64,000 nt of DNA from a virus (IMGVR_UViG_3300032265_002746), one strand, 5' to 3'; shown: positions 38,661 through 49,213, numbered from the stretch's first letter. Numbers and translations: made by a program. Notes: a model not told the origin generated them from the sequence alone.

Positions 38661-40553
38661 TTATTTTGTTACTATCCTACCTTTAATGTCTATAGAAGGG
38701 TATTTGATTTCGAATATACTAGGATCCCTAGATGGATAGATAATTCCGTTTTTGGTGGCCCCTACAATATCGTAACCATACTGGGAATAGCCATCGTTAA
38801 CTCCTGATACGTTGTTTACATTTACATCCAATACACTTTGAACACCTTTTACTTTCAATATCAATGTGTAAATATCCGCAAGTATTATTGGTTGATTTAT
38901 AGCTGTATTGTAATCCCCATAGTAATCAGCAATGTTGTTTAAACATTGACTTAATATCTGTTGTGAATTGTATGAAGGAAGTATTGATATACTGAAGCCT
39001 ATTTGTATGTTTATCACAAACGCATCCTTAATAGACACCCCATCCCCTAGCATAGCATATTGGCTAAGATAGTTTTTCAGGTTCTCTTTAAGAGCATTAC
39101 TAGCTGTGGTCAAATTCTGGTTTGCATCATAGCTAAGGATGTACAATGAAATACCTAAAGGGTTACTGTTTACAAATGTATTATCAGTAGCTAATGCATA
39201 GTCACTTGTAGCATATGCCTTAGCAACAGCTCCATACTGAGATGGAAGTGATACTGCTCTGGTTACTATGTCATCATTGGTAACACATCTCAATTGAGTA
39301 GGATAAGCTGCCATGGCATGCAGACGTATGTCATCTACACTATCACCGGCACCACCACCAGAAGCTGCATTTTCATTAGTAAAAGTAACACTGTTACTTA
39401 TCTGTTGAAACAAAGCCTGGTTTATAGAATTAGGATTACTGTTTGCAGCGGTCTTAGTTATGGAGTATACAGTAGTGATATCATTCGCAGGAACATTTGT
39501 TGTAACACCTCCTCCATTTATGTAGGTTATGTTTAATGTGGTATTACTAGGTGCTAAACCATATTGCTTTGTATACAAAGGGTTTGCAGGATCAAATGCA
39601 GTGTTCAACATCGATATACTGTCAATTAGACCCATGCCTACATTCTCTGTATTGGGTATAATTGTCTCATCAGGCTGGCTTACAACACCTGCTCCAAAAT
39701 ACATTGTAAGGGTTGAATCTCCATTGTACCTTGTCGCAAACCTTCTCTGAACTGTTCTCAACTTCAGTATGTAAGGTACTGTCCCGTTATCCTGAGCCAT
39801 AGTTGGATCATTTAATGGAATGTTAGGTACAGTGTCATATATAGTTGATTGAGCTAAGTAAGGTACTTCATACCAGGTATTTCCATCACTATCAACCACA
39901 GATAATATCTCTATTATGTCTGTATCAGGTAATGTTACACTATCAAACTTAACTGGATTACCAAAAGAGTAAGTTTGTGTGTTTATAGTTCCGGCAATAG
40001 CTTGCACCTGTTTCTTCAATAAATAATATTCAGGTTGACTTGTGTTAGAGTTGACTGAATATACAGATACTGTTGTAGGGTCTGAAGAAGAAGAATGAGC
40101 AAAGTTTACAGGTGCCTGAGTAATGAACGTAACATTACTGTTTGACTTTGAATTTATCTTTGCGTTAGTTGCTATATTTACAGCGTAACTATAATCTGGT
40201 GAGGTTGTACCTCCGCTTACTAATGCCGGTATCTGTTGGTATACGTCTAAAATAACTACAGCAGTACTGGTTACTCTAGGTCTATACCCTTGAGTATATG
40301 CAAGAGACATTATATTGTCTTTTTGCACCGCAAACTCCAAAAAGTTTTCCTGTACAGACCTATCTGTGTACAAAGACAAGATGTCTCCAATAACAGATGC
40401 TTGCTCTATAATCATAGTAGCCGGAGAAGCATCCGAGAAGTCATTGTTCGTATTAGGAAAATAGGCCTGAGCAAAGTTAATCAAGGCTTGTTTGAAGCTG
40501 TTGAAGTCTCTGTTAAGGTACTTTATGTCAATATTAGGTGAGGTTGTGGCCAT
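38661..40553 (-). CDS. Baseplate wedge protein (gp6 / Baseplate_J-like)
   Basis: N-terminal DFSDASPATMIIEQASVIGDILSLY..ENFLEFA..LAYTQGYRPR matches the Baseplate_J pattern. 630 aa. Confidence 0.7.
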   Translation of the reverse strand: MATTSPNIDIKYLNRDFNSFKQALINFAQAYFPNTNNDFSDASPATMIIEQASVIGDILSLYTDRSVQENFLEFAVQKDNIMSLAYTQGYRPRVTSTAVVILDVYQQIPALVSGGTTSPDYSYAVNIATNAKINSKSNSNVTFITQAPVNFAHSSSSDPTTVSVYSVNSNTSQPEYYLLKKQVQAIAGTINTQTYSFGNPVKFDSVTLPDTDIIEILSVVDSDGNTWYEVPYLAQSTIYDTVPNIPLNDPTMAQDNGTVPYILKLRTVQRRFATRYNGDSTLTMYFGAGVVSQPDETIIPNTENVGMGLIDSISMLNTAFDPANPLYTKQYGLAPSNTTLNITYINGGGVTTNVPANDITTVYSITKTAANSNPNSINQALFQQISNSVTFTNENAASGGGAGDSVDDIRLHAMAAYPTQLRCVTNDDIVTRAVSLPSQYGAVAKAYATSDYALATDNTFVNSNPLGISLYILSYDANQNLTTASNALKENLKNYLSQYAMLGDGVSIKDAFVINIQIGFSISILPSYNSQQILSQCLNNIADYYGDYNTAINQPIILADIYTLILKVKGVQSVLDVNVNNVSGVNDGYSQYGYDIVGATKNGIIYPSRDPSIFEIKYPSIDIKGRIVTK

Positions 40554-40555
40554 GT

Positions 40556-40954
40556 CTATACACTTATAGTTATTTGGTTATCGGTATTATTAAAGCTGTA
40601 CTTCAGGGTTATATACAGTGTATGAGTATTGTCAGGTGAAGTTACAGTCAAGCTATTTATATTGATCTGTGGAAACTGATTGGATACAGCTGTTCTTATA
40701 GCGTTATCTATAGCTTGAAGGTCATCATCTGGGCTAAAAAGTAAATCTCTAATACCAGCTCCAAACGAAAGGTTAAATAACCTCTCACCTGGATTGGTTA
40801 GCATAAAGTTTATGAGATTCGTTTTTAATTGGTCTTGAGTAGTGTAGTTTTGACCAAAAATTGCCGGTGCGTCAAAAGGAAGCCTCAACCCTACGGCAAC
40901 TGCCTTTTGGGTATCTATAGGGTATACTTTTGTTTGAATCCTTTGACGTCTCAC
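40556..40954 (-). CDS. Baseplate wedge protein gp25/GPW-like
   Basis: LTNPGERLFNLSFGAGIRDLLF matches the gp25 GER..P.FG.GI.DL.F block. 132 aa. Confidence 0.7.
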   Translation of the reverse strand: MRRQRIQTKVYPIDTQKAVAVGLRLPFDAPAIFGQNYTTQDQLKTNLINFMLTNPGERLFNLSFGAGIRDLLFSPDDDLQAIDNAIRTAVSNQFPQININSLTVTSPDNTHTLYITLKYSFNNTDNQITISV

Positions 40955-40958
40955 TTAT

Positions 40959-41321
40959 TTACTTTTTAAATATATTCGGAATCGGTAAATCTACATCCGG
41001 AAGACCTTCACTTGCTTTTGCATGCATAGATGCCAACTTTAATGATGGATCATCGTATATACTAGGAGCGTCAGCTGCCGGCCTTCTACCTTCTGTTATG
41101 ATGTCTTCATCATAGCTTTGTGGCTTACCTAGCAATGTTAATCTAGGTGAAGTTTGTGAATACTCTTGTTGAGGTGCTTGTCTTCCCTCTTTTAAAATCT
41201 GAGCGTTAAGTGCCTTGATTTTCTTCAGTTCCTCTTTTAAAGGTGCTATAGCTTTTGTTACTGCTACTTCAGTATGGATTTTCAGTACTTCTGCTAATAA
41301 ATTGATTTCTGTTGATGTCAT
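40959..41321 (-). CDS. Hypothetical baseplate-module protein
   Basis: 120-aa ORF. Confidence 0.45.
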   Translation of the reverse strand: MTSTEINLLAEVLKIHTEVAVTKAIAPLKEELKKIKALNAQILKEGRQAPQQEYSQTSPRLTLLGKPQSYDEDIITEGRRPAADAPSIYDDPSLKLASMHAKASEGLPDVDLPIPNIFKK

Positions 41322-41354
41322 TGTGTATAAATATAAGTGGTTATGAAAATTAGA

Positions 41355-42272
41355 TTATGCTCCAATAATGGCTTTTAATTCTGAAATAAGTTGATCTGGT
41401 GTTGCTATGTAGCTTGGGGCAGTTTCTACCTTTGTTAATCCTGAGAATTGATCTATTGCCTTAGCTATTAGTTCTCCTGTACCGTAAGGCTCTACTTTCA
41501 AAAAGTAAGTATTTCCTGATTGGTCGGTGTATGTTTCTGTATTTGATTTGCTGGATGGTGATGCAACTATACTTGAACTGGCTATAGAATTGAGAGCCTG
41601 TTGTTGGGTTATGATATTTCCTTGGTTAGCTGCATTGTCTACTGTAAATTTTACATTAATACTAGTTATTGCTTTTACTAATTCTTGAAATACCTGTGCG
41701 TTTTGTGCAACCTCTCCTTGCAGAATTCTGATGTAATCGCTTAGTGTGTCTTTGTATGTTAATATTTTTAGGCCTATTTTCATTACAGATAAACTTGCTT
41801 TTGAAACAGGGTTTATAGTTAGTAAAGCCTCTTGTACATCTAAAACCGCCTTTAGTGTATTAGCGGTATTGGCTATTACAGATAAGGTTGCTATGAGTGT
41901 CTGCATTTTAGTTAATGTAGACTGTATGCTAGTTAGGTCTTTTTGTATCTTTGCCTGATATATAGGCACCAAAGCAGCATCCTTTGGGTCAACTGTTATG
42001 ATTATTGTATTACCGGATAATTTAACTTTTCCCGTATTGTCTACGGATTTTACTATATCTTCTTCTAATTTTTTAATACGATCAGTAGCTATGCTTGAAA
42101 TGCTATTGATAGAAGTAAGGGATTTTTTAACTAAAGCTCCTATCGGGTCAGGCATAGAAATGCCTATGCCCTTCTTTGCATTATTAAGTATCGCAGCAGA
42201 AGTTGCATTTGTAGTTACCGATGAAATGGTACTTGATATACCGCTTACAGCGGAGTCTGTTAGTTGATTCAT
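41355..42272 (-). CDS. Hypothetical structural protein (helical, S/T/I-rich)
   Basis: 305-aa ORF. Confidence 0.5.
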   Translation of the reverse strand: MNQLTDSAVSGISSTISSVTTNATSAAILNNAKKGIGISMPDPIGALVKKSLTSINSISSIATDRIKKLEEDIVKSVDNTGKVKLSGNTIIITVDPKDAALVPIYQAKIQKDLTSIQSTLTKMQTLIATLSVIANTANTLKAVLDVQEALLTINPVSKASLSVMKIGLKILTYKDTLSDYIRILQGEVAQNAQVFQELVKAITSINVKFTVDNAANQGNIITQQQALNSIASSSIVASPSSKSNTETYTDQSGNTYFLKVEPYGTGELIAKAIDQFSGLTKVETAPSYIATPDQLISELKAIIGA

Positions 42273-42689
42273 TTAGTTTATTGATACTATTTTTGACTTA
42301 ATTTTATCTACATCTTTTTGTATTTGTTGTATCTGAGATGACAACTTACTCGCTGCTGTATTAACTTGTAACAAATTTATAACACCTATACCCTGGCCTG
42401 TTGCAGACGAAAGTGATGTTGCCAATTCTAACAATGAATTAAGTATTGCATTCAATGTATTAACAGTTGAGGTGGCCTTTGCTACTGGCTCCAGATTTAC
42501 ATTATCTAGCCCTATTTGAACTGCTTTTGCATTAACAATAACATTGTTTGTGTTTATATGGACATCACCTTGGGTAGATACTGTAAAGTCTTTTGCAGCT
42601 AGTATGAATATATTATCAGACTTGGAGTTTAATACCAACCTATCTGAATTCATAATCCATTGATGTCCTGTATAATTATTAAAGTCCAT
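42273..42689 (-). CDS. Hypothetical structural protein
   Basis: 138-aa ORF, start abuts the upstream stop. Confidence 0.5.
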   Translation of the reverse strand: MDFNNYTGHQWIMNSDRLVLNSKSDNIFILAAKDFTVSTQGDVHINTNNVIVNAKAVQIGLDNVNLEPVAKATSTVNTLNAILNSLLELATSLSSATGQGIGVINLLQVNTAASKLSSQIQQIQKDVDKIKSKIVSIN

Positions 42690-42695
42690 GTTATT

Positions 42696-44294
42696 TTATA
42701 TGTATATTTTTGCCTTTTCATATCCAGCTGATTTTTCGGCTTGTAATTTAGGCGTCATAGGGGCTCCATACCAAGTTGATACATATTTCTCAGCATATTT
42801 AACAGAGTCTGAATTATCATAAGGTATAGTATCAAATCCTTTTTTATAAAATTTATCTATTGCAAATTGTATTGCATCCTCTAAACTAGCAAATGCGATA
42901 TATCCTCTGAATGATTTAGTTTGACCTTCTAATGCAAATACTTGTCCTGAAAGTTTTACATTAGGATATTTAGGTCCCAAACTCCATCTTGTTTTTAAAT
43001 CAGATTGTATTCCGAAGAAATCATTATTAAATCCTCTGATTATATTGTGACCATGAGTTTGTTCATTTATACCTGTAGCTAGTATACTTCTAGCAATGTT
43101 TTTTGAAATAGCTCCTGAATCCACATACTTTTTCAGAGCATCAGCAAAAGCTTTGTAACCGTAAGAGGTATACTCAAAATTTAAAACTGGTAAATCTGGG
43201 TAAGCTCCCTTTTTTATAGCAGCTTCTGCATCAGCCTTATTGAAGTACAACTTACCACCCTTATTGGTTGCATTACCTTTTAGGGTATATGCAGTAGGGA
43301 ATTGTACAAAGCTCTGCCTTACTTCTACGACTAAGTCTCCAATCTCCTGTGTATACTCCGGTTCCTCTTTATCTGGTAAAAAGGCTACCTCATCTTCTGG
43401 AGTTGGGGAGTCTACTGTTTTAGTTTGTGTAGGATATACAACAGGTGGAGTATCTTTCACAGGTACTTTATCAGTGTTATCTAAAGATGAAGTAGCAGCT
43501 GAGGCTACTTGGTTATTAGCAACTATGATATTATTCTTAGATACTGTAGATGTAGTTCCTGGGCCATAAGATAGGAAGTTGGTACTGGCCGGCACGAACT
43601 GAATCTTATGATTATTCAATGCCCAAATAGAAGAACCATCTCCATTTATGTCTTCGTATACCGCAGATATGTTAGATGCTGTCTGTTTTTTCTGACCGTT
43701 TGTTATAGTCAGTACAGGATTTCCCTGAGGACCTTTCCAAGGTGCACTAGAGAAATCTGGATGTGAGTTACCGAATCTAATTGATTGTCCGAACCTGGCG
43801 TCTATTACACTATCTCCAGGAAGATGTTGAAGCTTGTAAATGTTACCCTTTTCAACAAATGGGCCTGTAATAGATGCTTGGTTGCTTCCACTGAAGAATT
43901 TATCACTTGGTAGTGCATTATGCTCAGGTGAATCAAATAAAGGAATTATGTCGTCATAGTAATAAGTAGGTATTGTATTACCGGCAGCATTTGAAGCTTT
44001 GTTAGAAGCTCTTGATACGATATTTACAAGCTCGTTCTGTACAGGGTACTTCTTTATATGACCTAAAGGATAGGCAACTAAGGAATTGGTTCCTCCATAT
44101 TCGATGCCATTATAGATCATCCTGAATTGAATAGCACCTATAGAGCCAGATGGGACTTGCATCTTTGCAAGCTGTTCAGGGTCATCGGTAAGTAATGTAT
44201 ATATGACACGACCAATCATCTGGGTGTTTCCGGAATCAACTCCACCCCCTTTATATTGACCTGTATATATAGAATTTACACCTTCTATTGCCAT
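42696..44294 (-). CDS. Putative baseplate hub / central spike protein (gp5/gp27-like) with extra C-terminal domain
   Basis: N-terminal GRVIYTLLTDD..SIGAIQFRM resembles the gp5/VgrG OB-fold. Lies upstream of gp25 and gp6. 532 aa. Confidence 0.45.
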   Translation of the reverse strand: MAIEGVNSIYTGQYKGGGVDSGNTQMIGRVIYTLLTDDPEQLAKMQVPSGSIGAIQFRMIYNGIEYGGTNSLVAYPLGHIKKYPVQNELVNIVSRASNKASNAAGNTIPTYYYDDIIPLFDSPEHNALPSDKFFSGSNQASITGPFVEKGNIYKLQHLPGDSVIDARFGQSIRFGNSHPDFSSAPWKGPQGNPVLTITNGQKKQTASNISAVYEDINGDGSSIWALNNHKIQFVPASTNFLSYGPGTTSTVSKNNIIVANNQVASAATSSLDNTDKVPVKDTPPVVYPTQTKTVDSPTPEDEVAFLPDKEEPEYTQEIGDLVVEVRQSFVQFPTAYTLKGNATNKGGKLYFNKADAEAAIKKGAYPDLPVLNFEYTSYGYKAFADALKKYVDSGAISKNIARSILATGINEQTHGHNIIRGFNNDFFGIQSDLKTRWSLGPKYPNVKLSGQVFALEGQTKSFRGYIAFASLEDAIQFAIDKFYKKGFDTIPYDNSDSVKYAEKYVSTWYGAPMTPKLQAEKSAGYEKAKIYI

Positions 44295-44295
44295 T

Positions 44296-44676
44296 CTATT
44301 TTATTTTGTCTAGTTGTTTTTGTTGTGTTGATGGTAATTTTAAGTCTTGTTCAGCTTGTTCTGACAATAACAGTAGTTGTTGCCTGTCTTCATCTGAAAA
44401 CATAAAGTCACCTGTTTCCTTACCTTTATCCATGCATTTCTGAGCAATCTGTGCCATCTTGATCAAATGTTCATTGTTATCAAGAATAAGCTTCATATAG
44501 CTGGCTATAATAGGTGCTATTTGCTGTGCATCACCAATAGTACTTATTAAATCCTTCAACTGTTCAATCAACCCTACAATCCTCTCATCATTCTTTCGGG
44601 AGTTACTATGTATCTCCTCTAAGATGTCACTTAAAGTCTTCTTTTTAAATATTACAGTTCCTAAAGCTTCACTCAT
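44296..44676 (-). CDS. Hypothetical protein
   Basis: 126-aa ORF. The conserved box lies 7 nt upstream of its ATG. Confidence 0.5.
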   Translation of the reverse strand: MSEALGTVIFKKKTLSDILEEIHSNSRKNDERIVGLIEQLKDLISTIGDAQQIAPIIASYMKLILDNNEHLIKMAQIAQKCMDKGKETGDFMFSDEDRQQLLLLSEQAEQDLKLPSTQQKQLDKIK

Positions 44677-44682
44677 AATCGT

Positions 44683-44695
44683 CTATAAATATCAC
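44683..44695 (+). promoter_or_regulatory. TCTATAAATATCA box
   Basis: Exact TATAAATA on the plus strand, between two minus-strand genes. Confidence 0.3.
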
Positions 44696-45618
44696 TAGGT
44701 AAAATATTCCTCAAAATCAGGCTCTTCTAATTTTGTTGGATCTTTGTACCTGTTAGGGAAAATACCTTCTTTTTTGATATTAAGTTCTCCTCTATGATGG
44801 AACTCATACAATTGCTCATGGAAAGCTTCCTTTAGTATATTTACCACTCTGGTTATATCCTGTGTTTTCTGCAGAGTCTCCTCACGTATTTGCAAATAGA
44901 ATGCCGGCTTCCAGAATATCTCTAGGTCTTCTACAGCTCTGAAAAACTTGATGATGCATCGTACTATTATTTTTTCGGATTCCGAAAACTTTATAGCTTC
45001 TTCTTTTTCATCTCTTATTATGTAGAACCAATTATCTATACCTTCTTCTACCCAATCGGCAAACTCCTGTGTAAACTCCTGTAGATTATCATCGGTTTCA
45101 CCTTCGTGCCTTATCTTATCTACCTTCTCTTCGTCTTCTTGTGATTCTAAGTCTTGACGGTTTTTATGAAGCTTGTACTGCTTATCGTTGTATTGAATCA
45201 GGAATCTTTTAGTGATAATGTTGAAGTATCCGAACCCTAAGGTTCCTTTAGTATACTTAACTTCAGATCTGTCTTCACTGATTTTCATACCTTTTTCTCT
45301 GTCAAACTTAGGCATCTCCTGCATCAACTTGCAGATAACTTCATGCTTTAAGTCCTCATAGCCTCCGGCATGCTCCTGTGCATATTCAAAACCATTCCCA
45401 TTTATGTTATTCTCCGCTAACTTTGAGAAAGCAGGAAATATCTTTTCTGAGAATAGTTTATTACGCAGAATGGGGTCATCGGATACATTGTATAGTACGA
45501 TGGCCTCATCTGTTTCTTTAGTGAAGTATTCCTGGTTAGGTTTCTTACGTTTTCTTTTACGTGGTTTACCCTCCTTGGTGTATAACTCCAAGTCGAGCTG
45601 TTTCTTTTCTGTTTGCAA
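44695..45618 (-). CDS. Hypothetical protein
   Basis: 307-aa ORF with a basic N-terminus (KPRKRKRKK). Confidence 0.5.
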   Translation of the reverse strand: MQTEKKQLDLELYTKEGKPRKRKRKKPNQEYFTKETDEAIVLYNVSDDPILRNKLFSEKIFPAFSKLAENNINGNGFEYAQEHAGGYEDLKHEVICKLMQEMPKFDREKGMKISEDRSEVKYTKGTLGFGYFNIITKRFLIQYNDKQYKLHKNRQDLESQEDEEKVDKIRHEGETDDNLQEFTQEFADWVEEGIDNWFYIIRDEKEEAIKFSESEKIIVRCIIKFFRAVEDLEIFWKPAFYLQIREETLQKTQDITRVVNILKEAFHEQLYEFHHRGELNIKKEGIFPNRYKDPTKLEEPDFEEYFT

Positions 45619-45648
45619 TCTTCATTAGGATTTTGGTTTTTATTATCT

Positions 45649-46062
45649 TTACTGGTTAGAATCCAGATCTTGTTTCTCAATCTGGAATTTATCAAGGTTT
45701 GCTTGTATTTCTTTCAAGGTTTCGAAGAAGAATTCAACTTCATCGTCAGTCTTGAATGACCCTTTAGCATCAACTTCTCTTATTTTTTGAGATGATACTT
45801 GTATAAGCATATCAATACTAGTTATGTATTTCTCATACAATTCTATAGCAGGTATGTACTCATTTTCTAATTCTTTTATCCTTGAGTCGGCTAAATCAGA
45901 AAGCTCTTTTAGTTCTGAATCATTGTCAGATTCAATCTTAGACAAGTCTTGTTTAAACTTATCTGAAAGGGTTTTATACTGCCGATAAGCAACTGCCCAT
46001 CCAGCCATAGCTAGAAGGGTTAATAGTGCAACTCCGATTTGAGCAAGATTGATTGTAATCAT
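45649..46062 (-). CDS. Membrane-anchored coiled-coil hypothetical protein
   Basis: N-terminal TM helix LAQIGVALLTLLAMAGWAVA. 137 aa. Confidence 0.5.
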   Translation of the reverse strand: MITINLAQIGVALLTLLAMAGWAVAYRQYKTLSDKFKQDLSKIESDNDSELKELSDLADSRIKELENEYIPAIELYEKYITSIDMLIQVSSQKIREVDAKGSFKTDDEVEFFFETLKEIQANLDKFQIEKQDLDSNQ

Positions 46063-46070
46063 TATATAGT

Positions 46071-46733
46071 TTATTTTTTAGTTAATCTTAAATCACCCAT
46101 AGATTCTATCCTAGCTGACATAGAATCTGCTTGATGAATGATATAAGGCAGGTTACTGTGTAATTTGTATTCGGGTGAATGTGAAATCAAATAAGACTTG
46201 TTACCTTCATCGTACAGACCGGCCTGAAGCTTAATAGAAAGATACTCAGTTTCAGATACCTCTATTCCATGCTGCATAAGCAGGAATATAGTCCTGTCAT
46301 GATCCTTCATAAAAGATAGCTTAGAGTTGAAACCATAAACTTCACCTAACTTCTCAAGTCTCCACTTATCCTTCTGCTCTATATAGAACTCATGTTGATC
46401 ATCACCCATCTTACCTAAGTCGTGAGTTAAGCATACAAAAGTCAATTCTTCTATGCTGAAGTCTATCTCTGCACCCTGCTTACTCCATACTTTGGTGAGA
46501 GATACAGCTGCATCATACACATTAAGAGTATGTTGTACGAACCCTCCTACATAAGCACTATGATAAGATACTTTAGATGATGCCGGCATAAGGGCTAACC
46601 TGTTAGCATATTTTTCAAATAAGTCTGAAAGCTTATTCCATCTGTTTTTTTGCTCTGGATTCTCCGGACAGAATTGTTTAGCTAAATCTGTGAATCTTTC
46701 CCAGTTCTGTTCAATTTTCTTTTCGTCAATCAT
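46071..46733 (-). CDS. HD-domain phosphohydrolase
   Basis: H..H (YHSAYVGGFVQH), HD (CLTHDLGK) and downstream D (IHQADSM) form the HD motif set. 220 aa. Confidence 0.65.
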   Translation of the reverse strand: MIDEKKIEQNWERFTDLAKQFCPENPEQKNRWNKLSDLFEKYANRLALMPASSKVSYHSAYVGGFVQHTLNVYDAAVSLTKVWSKQGAEIDFSIEELTFVCLTHDLGKMGDDQHEFYIEQKDKWRLEKLGEVYGFNSKLSFMKDHDRTIFLLMQHGIEVSETEYLSIKLQAGLYDEGNKSYLISHSPEYKLHSNLPYIIHQADSMSARIESMGDLRLTKK

Positions 46734-46906
46734 AAATGTAAATTTTAAGTTGTTTCTAAATTAAGTTTTAAATAAAAGGCCTCAGAGTGGACACTCATTG
46801 CCTTATGTAATGCAAAGGTATAACAAATAATTGAATATTTTACAAATAATTTTTTTAGGTTAATTATTCATACTATATTTGCATCATATCTAAAATAGAA
46901 TATAAC
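46734..46906. promoter_or_regulatory. Divergent promoter / strand-switch region
   Basis: AT-rich 170-bp gap between the last minus-strand gene and the first plus-strand gene. Confidence 0.4.
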
Positions 46907-47152
46907 ATGAACGGCACACTTAAACCAGGATATAAAATCTTAAAAACAAACGGTATATCATTCTCGATAATGCCATCAGAAGGCAGGATTACAGTCCCAC
47001 CATTATTGAACTTCAAAGAATTCCTAGAAGGTAAGGAAGGCTACGTAGTATGGAGTGATAAGAAGCAAAGTCTTATGTTCCCAGGAGAGAAATTAAAATA
47101 CACCGGCAAAATAATTCTAAAAAGTGAAAGTAAAGTTCCAAGTGAGATATAA
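46907..47152 (+). CDS. Hypothetical small protein
   Basis: 81-aa ORF, first gene after the strand switch. Confidence 0.45.
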   Translation: MNGTLKPGYKILKTNGISFSIMPSEGRITVPPLLNFKEFLEGKEGYVVWSDKKQSLMFPGEKLKYTGKIILKSESKVPSEI

Positions 47153-47309
47153 CGGTTACAGACAGCCGGTAGTGTCCATATTTGAGGTAAAGGCACCTAA
47201 GGGTGCCACAGAGCTTCAGAAGAAGAACCTAATAGACAAGTTCTTCAAGGATAATATAAAACAAGATGGGATTATCCAGAGATGGCCCTATGAAATAATC
47301 GAAAAATAA
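47124..47309 (+). CDS. Hypothetical small protein
   Basis: 61-aa ORF. Confidence 0.35.
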   Translation: MKVKFQVRYNGYRQPVVSIFEVKAPKGATELQKKNLIDKFFKDNIKQDGIIQRWPYEIIEK

Positions 47310-47545
47310 TGAATATAGATTTCAAATGGTTTCGGGACAATCAAAATATATACCACTCCATATTGGTTGATCAGACTATGGAACCTAAGTTCTGTTACTC
47401 AATCTCCCAGTATATTTCAGGTAAGGATAGTTTTGAATGGATAGATATAGTATCTTCATCAGACCTGTACAGAACATACGAAGAAGCAGAGATTGCCTGC
47501 TTAAATGCAATTTATGAAAATAGATTTGGTAGTGTAAATAATTAG
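47309..47545 (+). CDS. Hypothetical small protein
   Basis: 78-aa ORF. Confidence 0.4.
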   Translation: MNIDFKWFRDNQNIYHSILVDQTMEPKFCYSISQYISGKDSFEWIDIVSSSDLYRTYEEAEIACLNAIYENRFGSVNN

Positions 47546-47655
47546 TATTACTTTTGCCTTATATTTATTATTAGTACCGTAAGCAGACGGACGAAGGTAA
47601 AAAAATTAAGAGCGTAACATACTTTTAACATAGTAGGAGAGAGATACAAACTACT

Positions 47656-47703
47656 CCGAAGCCCTGACTCTAGCTGCTTCTAGAATTCGGGGCTTTTTCT
47701 TTT
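47656..47703 (+). terminator. Intrinsic terminator (compound hairpin plus T-run)
   Basis: AAGCCC..[TCTAGctgcttCTAGA]..GGGCTT followed by TTTTCTTTTTC. Confidence 0.5.
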
Positions 47704-47709
47704 TCTACT

Positions 47710-48534
47710 ATGACGCAATTAGCAAAATACCGCACTCTGGCTTTCATCACTCTCATCAAACTTGAGAGGAAGAACTCCGTTGTGGATATGGATGCTCATC
47801 TAGGAGACTTCGCAGCTAAGATTGGTATTTCATACAACTCATATAAGAAGTACCGGAAAATATGCCTAGAACTAGGATTATGCAAAATAGAAAACGGTCA
47901 CGACAGATACATCGATATCCAACAGTGCATCCAGGTACTGGGGCTCACCAAGATAAACAAACATGTTCATTTCTTCAATAAATGTAAGCATGCAGACAGG
48001 ACACTCATCGGTGTCTACGATACCATAATAAAGGGTATCACCCTAAACAACTTCAAGCAACAACAGCATAACACAAATAAGAATAAGGATCTCAAGAGAG
48101 TTACTAAATTGATTCGTAAGAACAGAAATATAGCATCCGCTAAGGATAGAGCTATGGTCAAGCATATCACTAAGAATGCAAGGTACCATAACCTCTCTAC
48201 TTTAGAATACTGTGATAGTATCTTACTAAAAGAATTACAACCTACCGAGGATTCCATTAAGACAGGTAAGTATCATCTATCTAAGCTACTAGGGCTTTCT
48301 CCTTCTACAGGGATTAATCTCTTGAAGGATATGATAAAGGATAATACTGTCAAAAGGACAGTCATTAAGTTTAATGTATCTAAGTTAGGATATAGTAATG
48401 ACTCTTTTGACTTACTTAGGGCTAAGTATCCTAAGTTTACAGTATTACCTTACTCTGGGAATAAGTCCTTTAATGTGTATAAGGGAAGTAGAATTGAATT
48501 AATATCACAGGATCAGCAACTACATATGAGCTAA
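47710..48534 (+). CDS. Hypothetical protein
   Basis: 274-aa ORF. Confidence 0.55.
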   Translation: MTQLAKYRTLAFITLIKLERKNSVVDMDAHLGDFAAKIGISYNSYKKYRKICLELGLCKIENGHDRYIDIQQCIQVLGLTKINKHVHFFNKCKHADRTLIGVYDTIIKGITLNNFKQQQHNTNKNKDLKRVTKLIRKNRNIASAKDRAMVKHITKNARYHNLSTLEYCDSILLKELQPTEDSIKTGKYHLSKLLGLSPSTGINLLKDMIKDNTVKRTVIKFNVSKLGYSNDSFDLLRAKYPKFTVLPYSGNKSFNVYKGSRIELISQDQQLHMS

Positions 48535-48568
48535 CGATGCTATTAAAAGGTATATAAATTGACAGCAG

Positions 48569-49213
48569 ATGAATTCACTAATAGATTTCAGTAAATTAGT
48601 AAAAGAGCCGAAACCGGACGATTCTAGCCAGTATAGGCCTAGAGTGAAGCAATCTATCCAACAGAGGATAAAAAGCGGTAAGAAAGGGGATATAGGTACT
48701 AAAGAGGTGGTATTGGCTTTAGCTAATTACTTCCAGCATCATAAAGTGCAGATAAATAATTGTTATGTGTTTAACGACAAGTTTGAAAACGACTTCGTAA
48801 CCCTATTCGATAGTGGTTACCTAGGTGAGATTGAGGTGAAGGTGAGCCGGAGTGACTTTGCTGAGGATATCACTGGGAAACCTAAGAAACATAAGCTATT
48901 GCTCGAAGGAACCTCCTGGGAGATAATCCCTAACAAATTCTATTACTGTGCGCCCAGAGGGCTGCTATTAAGCTCTGAGGTACCAAAATACGCAGGTCTC
49001 ATAGAGGCTATAAGAGATGAGGAAGGTAATCTTACCTGTACCATAACTAAAGAGGCACCATTCATACATAAGAATGATGTATATAGTAAGGTGAAGGATA
49101 GGATATTCAGGAAGTTAGCCTGGAGGTATAGGCAGATGTTACTAGGTAACTTTGAGCTGTTATTTGAAGATACAGACTCGGATGAAAAAATAAATTTTGA
49201 GGAAGTTGAGTAA
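48569..49213 (+). CDS. Hypothetical protein with possible PD-(D/E)xK nuclease motif
   Basis: LFDSGYLGEIEVKVS contains a D..ExK arrangement. 214 aa. Weak. Confidence 0.4.
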   Translation: MNSLIDFSKLVKEPKPDDSSQYRPRVKQSIQQRIKSGKKGDIGTKEVVLALANYFQHHKVQINNCYVFNDKFENDFVTLFDSGYLGEIEVKVSRSDFAEDITGKPKKHKLLLEGTSWEIIPNKFYYCAPRGLLLSSEVPKYAGLIEAIRDEEGNLTCTITKEAPFIHKNDVYSKVKDRIFRKLAWRYRQMLLGNFELLFEDTDSDEKINFEEVE

